Notes: generated by a model from the sequence alone, not told the origin. 62,732 nt of DNA, filler included, from Barthelona sp. PAP020 (GCA_040182905.1; 9 parts of 9 records of this genome joined end to end with filler, not necessarily neighbours in it); one strand, 5' to 3'. Counted from the first letter of the whole stretch, positions 11,201-21,435 are shown. Program-made: numbers and translations.

Positions 11201-11946
11201 ATGATATTTTAAACAATTTTGTTTCAAAAGAAAAAAAAATTGACAGGAAAACTTTGCTTGAAAATTTTGTCATTTCAAATTCTGCTTACTCTATTTTGAG
11301 TTGGATTTTTCAATTGAAAGACAGACACAATGGTAATATTCTGATAGATCATTTTGGACATTTATTGCACATTGATTTTGGATTCATATTTGATATTTCG
11401 CCAGGTGGTAATTTTGCTTTTGAAACAGCACCCTTTAAAATGTCACGAGAAGTTATTCAAATTTTAGGTGATTCAATTAATAGTTTTCAGTTCAAATTCT
11501 TCTGTCAATTGATAATAAAAGATTTTACAGTTTTAAATCATTTTAGAATTGAATATTTGAGATTTTTAAAGGCTTTTTTGAGTCCTTATTCTGTAAAGGA
11601 ACGTTTTCAAATAGATAATTCAAAGATAATTCAACAAATAATAGATTCTTTGAATAAAGATTTTACTTTGCAGTTAAAAAGAGATTTGTCAAATGAAATA
11701 AAAGACATTTTTGACCCAAAGAATTGGTTTTTTGAATTGCCTTGTTTCAATATTGACGCTTTAAATAGATTCAATGACAGATTGGGATTTGGTCAAACTT
11801 TAGGATCGAATATTTTAATGTTTAGTTCTGAATTAATAAACAACAGTATTGCCAATCTTAAAACTGTCATTTATGACCAATTTCAGTTTTTTCAAAATAA
11901 TATTGAAAAACCCTCCTTTATGTATGAATTGGGGTGGACTAATTAA
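8290..11946 (+). CDS. PI4KA: phosphatidylinositol 4-kinase type III alpha (Stt4/PI4KA-like)
   Basis: KSHAKVP, FKSNDDIRQD, KDRHNGN, HIDFGFIFDISPGGN..FETAPFK, YDQFQFFQNNI. Confidence 0.9.
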   Translation: MEHYKSIIDYLNETSINDITAEELSIWLSYQYPHSFEKYSKQVELLFPELFESIKRDNNNIENNQLEIDNQIIFIGLLFNNIIEKKKIVHLSSYFHLFSEARNFKVMKQLFCKFIPYLFEKFIHDINLHDSLEDIFDYILDSESDVRNIAIEIIENIFHVFPFVCSPSVIKKLLFIREKIKNFSPFDSLFDNSAEILSWIENLPSLIEVSVVYPSFSFNCMLCDFCSVDEYEYPVNFFPKISNFNQIFLRFLQYEGLKAFDDVLSLKYLASSCFSFNDVNFAYLVLSTIFSKTVQNNSDFFFQSYEVLAFFEDLFKLINTLPNGNEYSNDLLTTENRFLSLKYSTQSSNSICLFPRVVFCFIMTLLKQVEKFECFKSFVSFLHKCILKFINLKTNEYEICIFNLVAFDYFLNLKSTSDFSPMSFHILESFSSLLKAFNSLNVLLKIPILSYKEDMKIFESFREALKKFPTNELFPFFQKKFSKLEPSNEGPFFNRSTLDNLTDIDAGIYISSIGSYISSFIHHCLSQSQKISLRDNLVFKLAISSSIHRMIKLFEIFQTFPSLIWLLHVLLSRKWVICVDFEFGSSWLTTFDDIRLFNVKLSSDRMETIKPLVRLLGIFCIWGCYSLIELIIRLGPFSNSTIDYIVRNLMIDPSILLKKPDFFLYYKNNKCSQLLFEGKIALYMLSDGNMCLSQACDCINRWNEFHQHFSSYALYFINCLKHHSNSPDLQRLLDKTIQHMFDKHDLLSISHLYFLIKSHSLFDLNGLEAFLKKLRDLGEFLTVDLFLENIFNQDPMISSYFILDARIKDEMPELIRMFLLIDSIINISQNLVSVSREERKKKCYADLTELNSVIFDEGPVVLCLNEIVEIKNIVVNECLPMKSHAKVPLKIVFETTKGDHVCYMFKSNDDIRQDALIVFLFHYSNVIFENSRLFHYLYPHQILPTNKSEGLIEMIPNSYSRDSLGSIGYLNDILNNFVSKEKKIDRKTLLENFVISNSAYSILSWIFQLKDRHNGNILIDHFGHLLHIDFGFIFDISPGGNFAFETAPFKMSREVIQILGDSINSFQFKFFCQLIIKDFTVLNHFRIEYLRFLKAFLSPYSVKERFQIDNSKIIQQIIDSLNKDFTLQLKRDLSNEIKDIFDPKNWFFELPCFNIDALNRFNDRLGFGQTLGSNILMFSSELINNSIANLKTVIYDQFQFFQNNIEKPSFMYELGWTN

Positions 11947-12150
11947 TTTCAATTGATAAAGATTTATTTTGTTTGTTTATTTCTCGCTTTTATTCATGAC
12001 TGTATAAATTGAATATTGTTTTATCCAAATGTAAAACTTCTGTTTGTTTTTTTTTTCAAAATTTTGCCAACAAAAGAGCCTTTTATGAAAGGAAAAATGG
12101 AAAAAAACAAAGTCTAAACTGTTTCATTTTTTTTTTATTCATTCTGAAAT

Positions 12151-13629
12151 ATGATTTGGGAAGAAATCTTTGATGCTTATGTGAACCATGTTCCTCATCC
12201 ATACATGATATTAAAGATGAGTGAAATATTTAATGATAATTCGAAGTTAGTCAACACTAAAGTTAAACCTTCTCATTTAAAACAATCAATACCTTTGATT
12301 TTTGAGCAAATTCCCAGAATTATTAACGATAATGATAGAATCATTGATGCTTTTTCCTTTTTATTACACATTGTCACAAAAAAAAATCCAAAAATGAATG
12401 AATGTCAGTTTATCAGACAACTGCCTTTTATCATTTCATTATTTAGTCAACATTTAGTCTATGGTGAATCAATGATTGATGATGATATCAATTCCAAATT
12501 GCCTGAATGGATTTTAGAATTAACGATTTCTAAACCTTTTGTTGGATTGGAATTATTTTGCCGATTAAGTAAATTATATTTAAAAACCGTTTCACCTGTT
12601 TATCCATTAGTGTGGTATAATAATGTATGTACTTCAATTTTGAATGTTCATAGCACTTATCCTTCAGCATTGAAACCATTATTTTTGGTTTTGCATGATA
12701 TTATTATAGCGACTAAGAATTATTCGTATTTTTGTTTTGCCAGTATTTTTGATTTTTTCAGACCAATTTTTGAACTTGCATTGGAACAATCTTTTTACTT
12801 GTTAGATACTTTGTCTTGTCCTCAAATGGAAGCTTTTGTTCCTTTGTTTCAAAATTTTTTTATTGACAAAATAAAACATGTTGTCAACACCAATTTTTCC
12901 TCACATAATACATTTGAACTCGTAAAGATATTCCAAATGTTCGACCAGACTCTCATTAAATATTGTTTCAATCCTTTTGGATACCCAAATTCGATCGATA
13001 CAGCAATGAAGATTATTTCTACTTTGCTCATTGTGGAAATGAGAAAAAGAGTTATTTGTCAACTTCAAATAACTGCTAAGAAGTTAATTGATTATGAGCC
13101 TTCATGGAGTCCCTTACTAGCATATCTTGGTGCCAGTTCACCTGTTGATGTCAAGTTTTTCACTTTGTTCAACAGACGCGATCAACCGATCTGGAAAGAG
13201 AATCCACAAACTGTGTGTTGTGATCTGTGGAATGGAGAAATGGAAGTAATGGAACACCGAAATACTGATGATATTCGTAAAGATTTCACACAAGATGATC
13301 AATCCACTGAATCAAAATCAGAAATCAAAGAGATTTTTAAAGAAAAGGACATTCAAAGGGAATATGAAGATCTTGAAGAAATTGAAAAGAATCAAAATAT
13401 TTCAAAAATTGATCTATGCATCGAAGAATCTTCCCAACTCTCACATTCAACAAACGAGAATGTATCAGGAAATTTTGAAGAAGAAATAATTGAAGCTGTA
13501 GTTTCAACACAAGTTGAACCACAAAGTGACACAAATCTGAATAATGTTGTTGTTGAAGAGTTTATTTCAGCAAAGAAGATGGATGATGGAATTGATAACC
13601 TTTTGAGTGATATGCCAGATTTTCTGTAG
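12151..13629 (+). CDS. hypothetical helical-repeat protein with acidic C-terminal tail
   Basis: 492-aa ORF; amphipathic helical N-terminal two-thirds, acidic low-complexity tail; architecture loosely Rix1/PELP1-like but unconfirmed. Confidence 0.65.
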   Translation: MIWEEIFDAYVNHVPHPYMILKMSEIFNDNSKLVNTKVKPSHLKQSIPLIFEQIPRIINDNDRIIDAFSFLLHIVTKKNPKMNECQFIRQLPFIISLFSQHLVYGESMIDDDINSKLPEWILELTISKPFVGLELFCRLSKLYLKTVSPVYPLVWYNNVCTSILNVHSTYPSALKPLFLVLHDIIIATKNYSYFCFASIFDFFRPIFELALEQSFYLLDTLSCPQMEAFVPLFQNFFIDKIKHVVNTNFSSHNTFELVKIFQMFDQTLIKYCFNPFGYPNSIDTAMKIISTLLIVEMRKRVICQLQITAKKLIDYEPSWSPLLAYLGASSPVDVKFFTLFNRRDQPIWKENPQTVCCDLWNGEMEVMEHRNTDDIRKDFTQDDQSTESKSEIKEIFKEKDIQREYEDLEEIEKNQNISKIDLCIEESSQLSHSTNENVSGNFEEEIIEAVVSTQVEPQSDTNLNNVVVEEFISAKKMDDGIDNLLSDMPDFL

Positions 13630-13871
13630 GTAAACAGCTACTTTTTATTTTATTATTTACACAATTTTATAAAGATTTATGGTTTGATTTCTAATTTTAT
13701 AAGAATGAAAGAACAATAGAAAACATATTCCAAAAATCAGGTTCGTTATTTGTATAATCGTCATTTTATTTTAAATAAGAACCATAAGGCAACGAAGAGG
13801 CAAGATAAAAAGTATCAGCTTTAAAAATTTCCTTAAATTTTTCATCTTTGAGAATAATTCTTTTGTCCAAT

Positions 13872-13996
13872 ATGATTGCACACAATGATTATTACGGAGG
13901 AGATGATCGATATTTTGGAATTGGTGAATCTGAAGAAGAAGCCGAATTGGTGGAACAAGATTTGATTGATAATGAGGTACGTCGTCATTATGAGGA
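13872..13996 (+). CDS. 5' fragment, possibly Sas10/UTP3-like (partial, contig edge)
   Basis: DYYGGDD...SEEEAELVEQD..RRHYE resembles the Sas10 N-terminal YYG.DD...EA motif. Confidence 0.4.
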
Positions 13997-14096
13997 NNNN
14001 NNNNNNNNNNNNNNNNNNNNNNNNNNNNNNNNNNNNNNNNTTAATTAATTAANNNNNNNNNNNNNNNNNNNNNNNNNNNNNNNNNNNNNNNNNNNN
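13997..14096. other. artificial contig spacer
   Basis: N44-TTAATTAATTAA-N44. Confidence 0.97.
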
Positions 14097-14175
14097 CTTC
14101 AGAAGTGGCAATAGAAGTAACCCAACCACTGTGACCATCTAAAGTTGCAATTTGTGAAAATTTCGTAAAACTCAT
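14097..14175 (-). CDS. RACK1: RACK1/Asc1 40S-associated WD40 protein, 5' fragment
   Basis: Manual translation MSFTKFSQIATLDGHSGWVTSIATSE matches RACK1 N-terminus (TLKGHNGWVTQIAT); not in ORF track. Confidence 0.85.
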
Positions 14176-14299
14176 GTGGATAAATACTCAGGATAAATTG
14201 AGAAAAGGTTTTGAAGAAAGGATTTGTAAAATTTCAAAATTTTTTTTCCAAAAAAACTTTCTTTTTCAGTCAGATTTTCCGTATTTCGATCTTTGCAGA

Positions 14300-14705
14300 A
14301 TGGTTCAATCAAAGTAATTTTACAAGTAATATTAGTTCTAACAAATTAGGCTTCATGTTGATGGTGTTTTAGTCGGTTTTAGACGGTATGTTTTTTGGTT
14401 CTTTGTTTTTTCATTGGTCCGTTGTGAATTATAGCTAATCGTATAGTAATCGTCACAGTTCAAATAATGCTGTTTCTCTTGTTAAAATTGATGGTGTTGC
14501 TTCTATCGAAGAAGCCAATTGGTATCTTGGAAAGCGTGTTGCTTTCGTTTACAAGACTCAACATGGTCGTCGTGCTATGTGGGGTCGTATTACTCGTCCT
14601 CATGGCAACTCCGGTGCTGTTCGTGTCAATTTCGCACACAATTTACCTCCTATGGCTCTTGGTGCTAAATGCCGTGTCATGCTCTATCCTTATAGATCTC
14701 AATAA
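14300..14705 (+). CDS. RPL35A: 60S ribosomal protein eL33/L35a; exons 14300-14313, 14350-14385, 14447-14705
   Basis: Spliced product MVQSKLHVDGVLVGFRRNRHSS..WYLGKRVAFVYK..WGRITRPHGNSGAVR..NLPP.ALG..RVMLYP; two GT-AG introns restore the frame. Confidence 0.95.
14314..14349 (+). other. spliceosomal intron, 36 nt (RPL35A intron 1)
   Basis: GTAATT...CTAAC-AAAT-TAG; retention gives an immediate TAA. Confidence 0.9.
14386..14446 (+). other. spliceosomal intron, 61 nt (RPL35A intron 2)
   Basis: GTATGT...CTAAT-CGTA-TAG; removal restores GFRRN. Confidence 0.9.
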
Positions 14706-14848
14706 GTTTTATATTTTCTGCATATTCGATAAATCGGCCCTATTTTAATTTTTAATTTTATTTTTTATTTGGTGAACATTTTGTTTGATTTGGTAATTTG
14801 AAAGTGAAACGATTTTAAATCACAAAAAAATAAAAATTGAAAAAAAAT

Positions 14849-17800
14849 TTATATTTTTTCGATTGCAAACAATGAATTAGCATCTGATTGTAATAAATAC
14901 GACAAAAGAGGATGACGTATGTGTTTTTTTTTAAGTGTATTAATAATTTTTTGCTCGTTAGCAACAACTAATTGACAAATGTTCAAAACCAATCTTGGAA
15001 CACCAATAAAATATTCATTTTCATGAAGAACCAACAAATATTGATTAATTTCCTCAACATAATCATCATCATAAAAAAATGAAGATTTCTCCAATTCAAG
15101 AACATAGAATTTACCTGCAAAAAAATCTTCTTCCTTTGCGATGGCAATAGAATCATTCATTTTGATACGTTGATTAATTTTTATTGAAAGCTCCCATTTC
15201 TGAAGAGTTTCCAATAAAGAAGAGTCCAAAAGAGTTAAACCTATTTCCCTGACATAATCTGAACTACTATCAATGAGTTTTGACAGAATTTCTTTTGATA
15301 AATCAACTTTTCCCTTTAAACACTTGACAAAAGAATGAAATCTTTCAACATTCATACAATCATAATGAAAAGATGAAACCAAATCGTTTGCAATATTGTG
15401 AAACAGTTTTGAAGCGGAAGAACAAAAAACGTTGAACAATTCAAGGGTTGAATTGTTCATATCAAAAAAGTAGCTTTGATTTATGAAAAAACTCAATAAA
15501 TTGTTTCGAAGATCAACATAATTTTCATTGGCTTCGTTAACAAAATTAAATATATTTTCAAAAATTTGCAAAATTTGACTTTCTTTGCAATTTGAAAGAT
15601 TTGATGTTTCCTTGGAGGAAAGAGCTGATAAAACACAAAAATATTCAATGGTTGATAAAGATTGTGTGGAATTTGCACACAACAATACATGTTCAGCAAA
15701 AGATTTTCCTCTAGCTTGAACAAAAGGATGATCTTTGGGTAGATGTAACAAATGATAGGTTAAATCACTCTTCAAAATTTGATTCTCTTGAATAGTAAAC
15801 AAAGAATCTTTTTCAAACCCAAAAATGTCCAGTTTCACATTTGACTCATCACAAAACTTTTCAAACTTTTCAAATTTTCTCAAATTTTCCCCACTCAATT
15901 CATACTTTGATAAAATTCCTACAATAGTGTTAACCAAATTAAAATTTGCCCTGGAATTTTCATCTCTAAATAAATACTCCAAACATTTGCCAATAAACAT
16001 ATTTTCAGTGAAATCTTCATCAAAAGGCTCGTTTAGCTCTTCAAAAGCCATTTTTAATTTCATTGATTTAATACAAATGCTTGTCACAACATCAGGAATC
16101 ACATTTTGCAAAACTCTTCTAATTTGCCAATATTCATCATCACACATCGCCAACAATGCATGCAAAAATTCCAAACTATCCAAATATCCTTTCTTTATAA
16201 CTTCCAATCTTTTAATATCAATAGAATACGTCGTTAAACTTCGATCTTTCAAAGTAACAGACTGTAATACACATAATATACTTAATTTAGCTGTTACATT
16301 AACATTCAAAGCATCTAATTGTCTTGTAAGCAACGAAAAATGAGAAAACATTCCTGAACTTGATAACCTTCTCAATAAAGCTCCCAAAATATGATAAGAA
16401 CCGTTTTTAATAGACCAATTATCTTCTGTCAGACCCTTAATAACATTTTCAAAAATTTTATCATGATATGGTTCAACTAAATGATTTAACTGTTTTGTTG
16501 AAATTATCGATTTGATAATAAATTGACATTGAACGAAGAAACGATAAAAATCAGTGTTTTCATCGATCATAATTGAAATTTTAGCATTATCAGTAGTATA
16601 GTCAAAAAAAGGCTGAATGTGCATGATAAACTGTTCAAACAACGATTTTAATAAATCGTCAAGCATTTTAGCAGATGTATCTTTCTTACGAAGACCTTTT
16701 TTTGCATGAAAAACTCCTAATAATATAGTTTGAATTGTCTTTACAAGTGCAATACATCTTCTTCCAGTATATATTGAAGAAGAACCAATCAATTGAATAA
16801 CTTGAGAAAATAGTGTCTCAACAAAGGGTATACCTTCAAGTTCAATACAACATCGTGATATTGTGTGATAAACAATATCTAGAGTTTCAGAAATAACGGA
16901 AACATGAAAAGAACCAAGACATTCATCGATTATTCTTTGACATAAAGCAACAGCTGAATCAAATTTACTATTTTCTGCTAAATGTAAAGAAACACATGCA
17001 CAGGCCTTCAAACAATTCTTTAGACAATCCCATAATAATTTACTGAGGTCATCAAGTCCTCCGTCAAAATCAATTGAATCATCCTCGCTTATCATTTTAC
17101 CATTATAAAAACCAATAGAATCATCAGGTGTAAAGATATATGCCGTAGGTGTGATATTTATTGCCTCCTTTATAGAAGGAAGAAGATAGAAAACATCATC
17201 ACTAAAAGACTGCAATTTTTCCAAACTAAAATCAACAGCATTGCTGAATCCTTCGAAATCATTCAACAATTTAAAGACTACACTAATATTTGAACATCCC
17301 TTCAACCAACTTCCATCATTCTCAGCAACTAAATCTTTGGCAACATCTAATGAATGTTTAATATCTCCACTTAAAACCTTATCAACAAACAAACGCAATG
17401 AACTAACACATTCAACAAAAACTTCTTGTTCAAGCCCATCAATTTTCGTCAATAAAAACAGTAAATCTGCCCCTATCTCAGAATCATGGGGTAAACTGGA
17501 ACAACACATATTTTCTGCTTTAATTCTCAATGAGTCAGTAACAATGCTTGAATAACTTCCAACTATTTTCCAAACTTTTAGAACTTGATGTCGAACAGTC
17601 TTTTCTGGGCTAAAAACTAAATCAAGCAGACCAAAGCATACTTTGTCAGATATTTCTTGAACAAAAAAATCAGATAGAACGCTATTTTGCGCCAAACAAT
17701 TAAAAATCCTATAGAGTATTTTAGTTACACTTAATTGAACTTCAGATGGTGAAAGAAGTGTCAAAAAAGGGCATATTTTATCAAAGAATCTGATGAAAAA

Positions 17801-18178
17801 ATTCTCAACCAAAGGCATATATAATTCGAACGGTTTCCTTCTTTCTTCACTCCTTAACTTTGAATAATTACTTTGAGCATATATGTATGAATGAATCAAA
17901 TGTTCAAAAAATCTGCAAAGACTATCTTCCAAAAAAGTTTGTTTTTTTGGAGTTGGTTGCCGTATAATAAAGGGCAAAAAAGTAACTATTTCATCTAAAG
18001 TTTTGGAATCTTGTAAAGTAGTAGATGGATAATTAGATCTTAAAAAATCTAATTTGGGTTGATTTTTCAAATTTTTAATGCATAAATATTCCCAAAGCTC
18101 ATTAAAGTTAAAATTATTTCGCAAATATTCGGTAAATTCACCTTCATTTGAAAAAAACATTTTAAAAGAACAATTCAT
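14849..18178 (-). CDS. THADA/Trm732-like HEAT-repeat tRNA methylation cofactor
   Basis: 1109-aa helical repeat; YTGRRCIAL (cf. TRRSAGLP) and DNWSIKNGSYHILGALLRR (cf. W.vRN...f.aL..R) of the DUF2428 region. Confidence 0.7.
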   Translation of the reverse strand: MNCSFKMFFSNEGEFTEYLRNNFNFNELWEYLCIKNLKNQPKLDFLRSNYPSTTLQDSKTLDEIVTFLPFIIRQPTPKKQTFLEDSLCRFFEHLIHSYIYAQSNYSKLRSEERRKPFELYMPLVENFFIRFFDKICPFLTLLSPSEVQLSVTKILYRIFNCLAQNSVLSDFFVQEISDKVCFGLLDLVFSPEKTVRHQVLKVWKIVGSYSSIVTDSLRIKAENMCCSSLPHDSEIGADLLFLLTKIDGLEQEVFVECVSSLRLFVDKVLSGDIKHSLDVAKDLVAENDGSWLKGCSNISVVFKLLNDFEGFSNAVDFSLEKLQSFSDDVFYLLPSIKEAINITPTAYIFTPDDSIGFYNGKMISEDDSIDFDGGLDDLSKLLWDCLKNCLKACACVSLHLAENSKFDSAVALCQRIIDECLGSFHVSVISETLDIVYHTISRCCIELEGIPFVETLFSQVIQLIGSSSIYTGRRCIALVKTIQTILLGVFHAKKGLRKKDTSAKMLDDLLKSLFEQFIMHIQPFFDYTTDNAKISIMIDENTDFYRFFVQCQFIIKSIISTKQLNHLVEPYHDKIFENVIKGLTEDNWSIKNGSYHILGALLRRLSSSGMFSHFSLLTRQLDALNVNVTAKLSILCVLQSVTLKDRSLTTYSIDIKRLEVIKKGYLDSLEFLHALLAMCDDEYWQIRRVLQNVIPDVVTSICIKSMKLKMAFEELNEPFDEDFTENMFIGKCLEYLFRDENSRANFNLVNTIVGILSKYELSGENLRKFEKFEKFCDESNVKLDIFGFEKDSLFTIQENQILKSDLTYHLLHLPKDHPFVQARGKSFAEHVLLCANSTQSLSTIEYFCVLSALSSKETSNLSNCKESQILQIFENIFNFVNEANENYVDLRNNLLSFFINQSYFFDMNNSTLELFNVFCSSASKLFHNIANDLVSSFHYDCMNVERFHSFVKCLKGKVDLSKEILSKLIDSSSDYVREIGLTLLDSSLLETLQKWELSIKINQRIKMNDSIAIAKEEDFFAGKFYVLELEKSSFFYDDDYVEEINQYLLVLHENEYFIGVPRLVLNICQLVVANEQKIINTLKKKHIRHPLLSYLLQSDANSLFAIEKI

Positions 18179-18473
18179 TCATTTTTATTTATTTATTCTC
18201 TTTATTCGCCATAGAGCACATCAATAAAATATCTTCTCATACATTATATGTGATTTATTGAAATTAATTAAGAAGAAGGTTTACATGTTTTGGTTTGCGG
18301 GATTTTTTTAATTCGCTCAAAACATTCGATTATTCTCCAAAAATTAATGATTTCCTTCGTTATTTATTCAATGAAGTTATTGTAAATATTTGTTTTGCAG
18401 CACATCAAATCATTTGATACATGGTGGCTGTATTGCTTCCCAATCTCCATTTTTCTTTTTTGAAAAAAATAGC

Positions 18474-19100
18474 ATGTTTCGCAGACAAAGGAAGCCTTCC
18501 AACATAACAGTGGAAGAAGTTCCACTGAATGAAAGACAAAGCAGTTCTTCAAGACAACCAGTTATTGAGCAAAATGTACCACACCAAAATAGGTTTAGAG
18601 AAAATCCAAGAAGAGACCGATTTTCTCTGCTCAACCGAGATGATCCTTTTGATGACCCTTTCTTCAGAGACCCTTTTACAATGAGAAATTCATTATTTGA
18701 AGATGTACAAAGACAATTTGAAGAAATTGAAGAAAGGATTCAAAATCCACCAAATCGTAGCAACATGCCTGATAATACTGTCAGCTATTCAAGCATGACA
18801 ACTTCATTTACTGGCCCCAATGGAGTTACCCATCAAGAACATCGTTCTTACAATTCAAGCGCGGGAACCCAAGTACACCAAGTGAGAAGAGGAATTGGAA
18901 ATCGTACCCATGATTTCGAATCTATCACTGATTCTACAGGACATGAAAGAACAACCAGCAGATACAACAATATTCAAGAGGATGAAGTCGATTTATTTGA
19001 ACAAGAATTTTCAAATCAAATTTCTGATCAACCACGTTGGATGTTTGGTTCCTCAAATGCCAATATGTTAAGAGGGTTGCCCTCAGGACATCAACAATAG
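18474..19100 (+). CDS. MLF: myeloid leukemia factor (MLF)-family protein
   Basis: DDPFDDPFF, SYSSMTTSFTGPNG, RGIGNRTH, NIQEDEVDLFEQEF; first ATG 18474. Confidence 0.8.
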   Translation: MFRRQRKPSNITVEEVPLNERQSSSSRQPVIEQNVPHQNRFRENPRRDRFSLLNRDDPFDDPFFRDPFTMRNSLFEDVQRQFEEIEERIQNPPNRSNMPDNTVSYSSMTTSFTGPNGVTHQEHRSYNSSAGTQVHQVRRGIGNRTHDFESITDSTGHERTTSRYNNIQEDEVDLFEQEFSNQISDQPRWMFGSSNANMLRGLPSGHQQ

Positions 19101-19253
19101 CATTGTTAGATTACAAAAAATCTCTCTTTTGTAAAAAAAATTTGTGTTTTGTTTATATTACAGAAAATAACAGATATTTTAAAAAGAATTTTCAAAAAAA
19201 TCAAAGAAGACAGAACAAAAAATATTTTTTTCAAACTGATTAAATGAAAAATA

Positions 19254-20735
19254 ATGAATGATGATATAATTTTACCTGAAACAATTAATATAGAGAATGA
19301 AAGTTTAGATATACCGTTTAGAAATGAGGCTTTATCACCATTTGTTGGCATTGGAAATTCACCTTGCAACAGTTGTGATGATACTCCTTATCGCTTACCA
19401 ATTACACCAATTTCTTATGAAAAAATGGAAATTCAAAACAATTTCAACACTCCTAAAAGATCTGATCATTTTTCAAAAGTTAAAAAGTCTTTAAATGATT
19501 TTGAGGTTGGAACATTAATAGGTGAGGGTAGTTTTGCAGTAGTTCATGTTGTTACAGATAAAATAACACATCAAAAGTATGCTTTAAAAGTATTATCCAA
19601 AAGAAGAATTGTTGCTTTAAATAAAGTTGATGAAATAAAAAAAGAAAAAGAAATACTGTTGTTTTTAAGACAACAAAAAATACCCAATATTATTAATCTG
19701 TATTTTACCTTTCAAGACAACAGAAAGTTATATTTCGGTCTAGAATTAGGTGGATGTGATCTCCTTTTCTATTTGAAAACTAAAGGACCTTTCCCGGCAC
19801 ATGTTTGTTCACATTACATTGCTTCTTTGTCTAGAACTGTTTTAGCATTGCATGATATAGGTGTTATTCATCGTGATATAAAACCTGAAAACCTTTTATT
19901 GGGTCCAAATAATAATTTGTGTTTGACCGATTTTGGGACTGCTCTTCGATGTGAAAAGAATGAAAGTATTATAGATTTTGCTGGAACTTCGCAATATCTT
20001 TCTCCTGAAATGATCACAGATTCTGCTTCTAATAGCAGCTGTGATTTATGGGCCATTGGTATTGTGTTGTATCAGATGTTGACCGGTAGATTACCCTTCA
20101 ATGCTCCCACAGACTACTTAATATTTGAAAAAATTCGTAAACTCGAATATGAGAGACTGGATCCCGCTGTCTATCCAGCCACAGCCGTTGACCTTGTTGA
20201 AAGATTGCTTTCTTTAGACCCAATGAGCAGGCCAGGAATTATTGCTGCAGAAGATCTCTTATATCATCCATTTTTATATTCGTTCAATTTTGATATGGTT
20301 CCGATTTATTTAAAACCTAAAGGGATAGAAGATTTGTTAACGGTAGATCATGAGGATATTAACGAAGTTGCAGATGAGTTAGCAAAATTGAAGCCTAAGA
20401 CTCCTCACAATGATTCGTTAATTCAAAAATTTTTAAATATCGGAGAATTCGTATATCATTATGCCTTTGGAAAAAAACATAAAGGTTTGATTCCAAGAAG
20501 GCGGCTATTTATTCTTACTTTAAGGCATCGATTTTTCTATATTGACGTTGAAAAATGCTTGTTAAAAGGAACTATTCCATGGAGTAACTCAGTGGATGAA
20601 CTTTATATTGAAAAGATCGATGAAGTAAGGTTTAATATTGTTACTCCCCAAAGAACCTATGTCATTGATCATGACGATGACAGAACCGATGTTGATGATT
20701 GGATTTTGGCTATTCAAAATTTACAGAAGTTTTGA
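19254..20735 (+). CDS. PDPK1: 3-phosphoinositide-dependent protein kinase 1 with C-terminal PH domain
   Basis: GEGSFAVV, LYFTFQD..KLYFGLE, HRDIKPEN, DFGTA, GT.QYLSPE, YLIFEKI; PH-like KHKGLIPRRRLFILT..KGTIPWS..TPQRTY. Confidence 0.92.
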   Translation: MNDDIILPETINIENESLDIPFRNEALSPFVGIGNSPCNSCDDTPYRLPITPISYEKMEIQNNFNTPKRSDHFSKVKKSLNDFEVGTLIGEGSFAVVHVVTDKITHQKYALKVLSKRRIVALNKVDEIKKEKEILLFLRQQKIPNIINLYFTFQDNRKLYFGLELGGCDLLFYLKTKGPFPAHVCSHYIASLSRTVLALHDIGVIHRDIKPENLLLGPNNNLCLTDFGTALRCEKNESIIDFAGTSQYLSPEMITDSASNSSCDLWAIGIVLYQMLTGRLPFNAPTDYLIFEKIRKLEYERLDPAVYPATAVDLVERLLSLDPMSRPGIIAAEDLLYHPFLYSFNFDMVPIYLKPKGIEDLLTVDHEDINEVADELAKLKPKTPHNDSLIQKFLNIGEFVYHYAFGKKHKGLIPRRRLFILTLRHRFFYIDVEKCLLKGTIPWSNSVDELYIEKIDEVRFNIVTPQRTYVIDHDDDRTDVDDWILAIQNLQKF

Positions 20736-21030
20736 TGTTTCTTTTCCAAAAAAAAAAATGGAAGTATTATCAAAAGTTCAAAAGTTTAAAAGTTGTTGAG
20801 ATGATTAAAAACAAAAGGTGTAAATAGCTATCTTGTGATTGGTTTTTTGTCTTTTTTTTTTTTTTTTTCATATCACCTTTTCATAAGTTAAATAGATTTT
20901 CCCGAACTTTCAAAAGTTTCAAAAGTGTTGGTAGCAAAGCGGACGGATTTCACGTAAAAGACGATATAAATGTGTTTAAGGTTTCTTCTTGCAATTTCTG
21001 ATATTAATGGATATCAAAATTGAAAGTGAA

Positions 21031-21130
21031 NNNNNNNNNNNNNNNNNNNNNNNNNNNNNNNNNNNNNNNNNNNNTTAATTAATTAANNNNNNNNNNNNNN
21101 NNNNNNNNNNNNNNNNNNNNNNNNNNNNNN
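21031..21130. other. artificial contig spacer
   Basis: N44-TTAATTAATTAA-N44. Confidence 0.97.
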
Positions 21131-21435
21131 TTGATCCTGAAGAATTTGTATTGGAAACAACTAAACTAAAAAAAACAGAAGAAATGAGAAGTTTAAAGTT
21201 CAACTATTTGCCTGTAAGTGTAAGCTATGGAATTTTTGAAGATAAATACATATTGGATCCGAATTATGAAGAAGAAAAGGTTTGTGATGGGTTTATTAAT
21301 TTTTCTATAAACAAATACGATGAGTTTGTATTTTCAAGGAAATCTAATGGTTTAACCATTGATAACACAGAATTATTCAAGTTAATGACAATGGCTAATG
21401 AAATAGCAAGGAAACTACATGAAAACATAAATTAG
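21131..21435 (+). CDS. exosome RNase PH-like subunit (Rrp43/Rrp45 class), 3' fragment
   Basis: PVSVSYGIFEDKYILDPNYEEE..G...SIN..K..G matches RNase PH domain 2. Confidence 0.8.

Noticed and set aside
14467..14748. 93-aa hydrophobic ORF in the track
   Set aside because: Alternative frame overlapping RPL35A exon 3
15825..16343. Antisense ORFs of 60-170 aa (e.g. 15825, 27479, 29036, 49677, 54947)
   Set aside because: Ser/Phe/Leu-rich shadows of real genes on the opposite strand
20925..20990. TAGCAAAGCGG matches a Pol III A-box; possible tRNA
   Set aside because: No B-box (GTTCRA) or cloverleaf downstream
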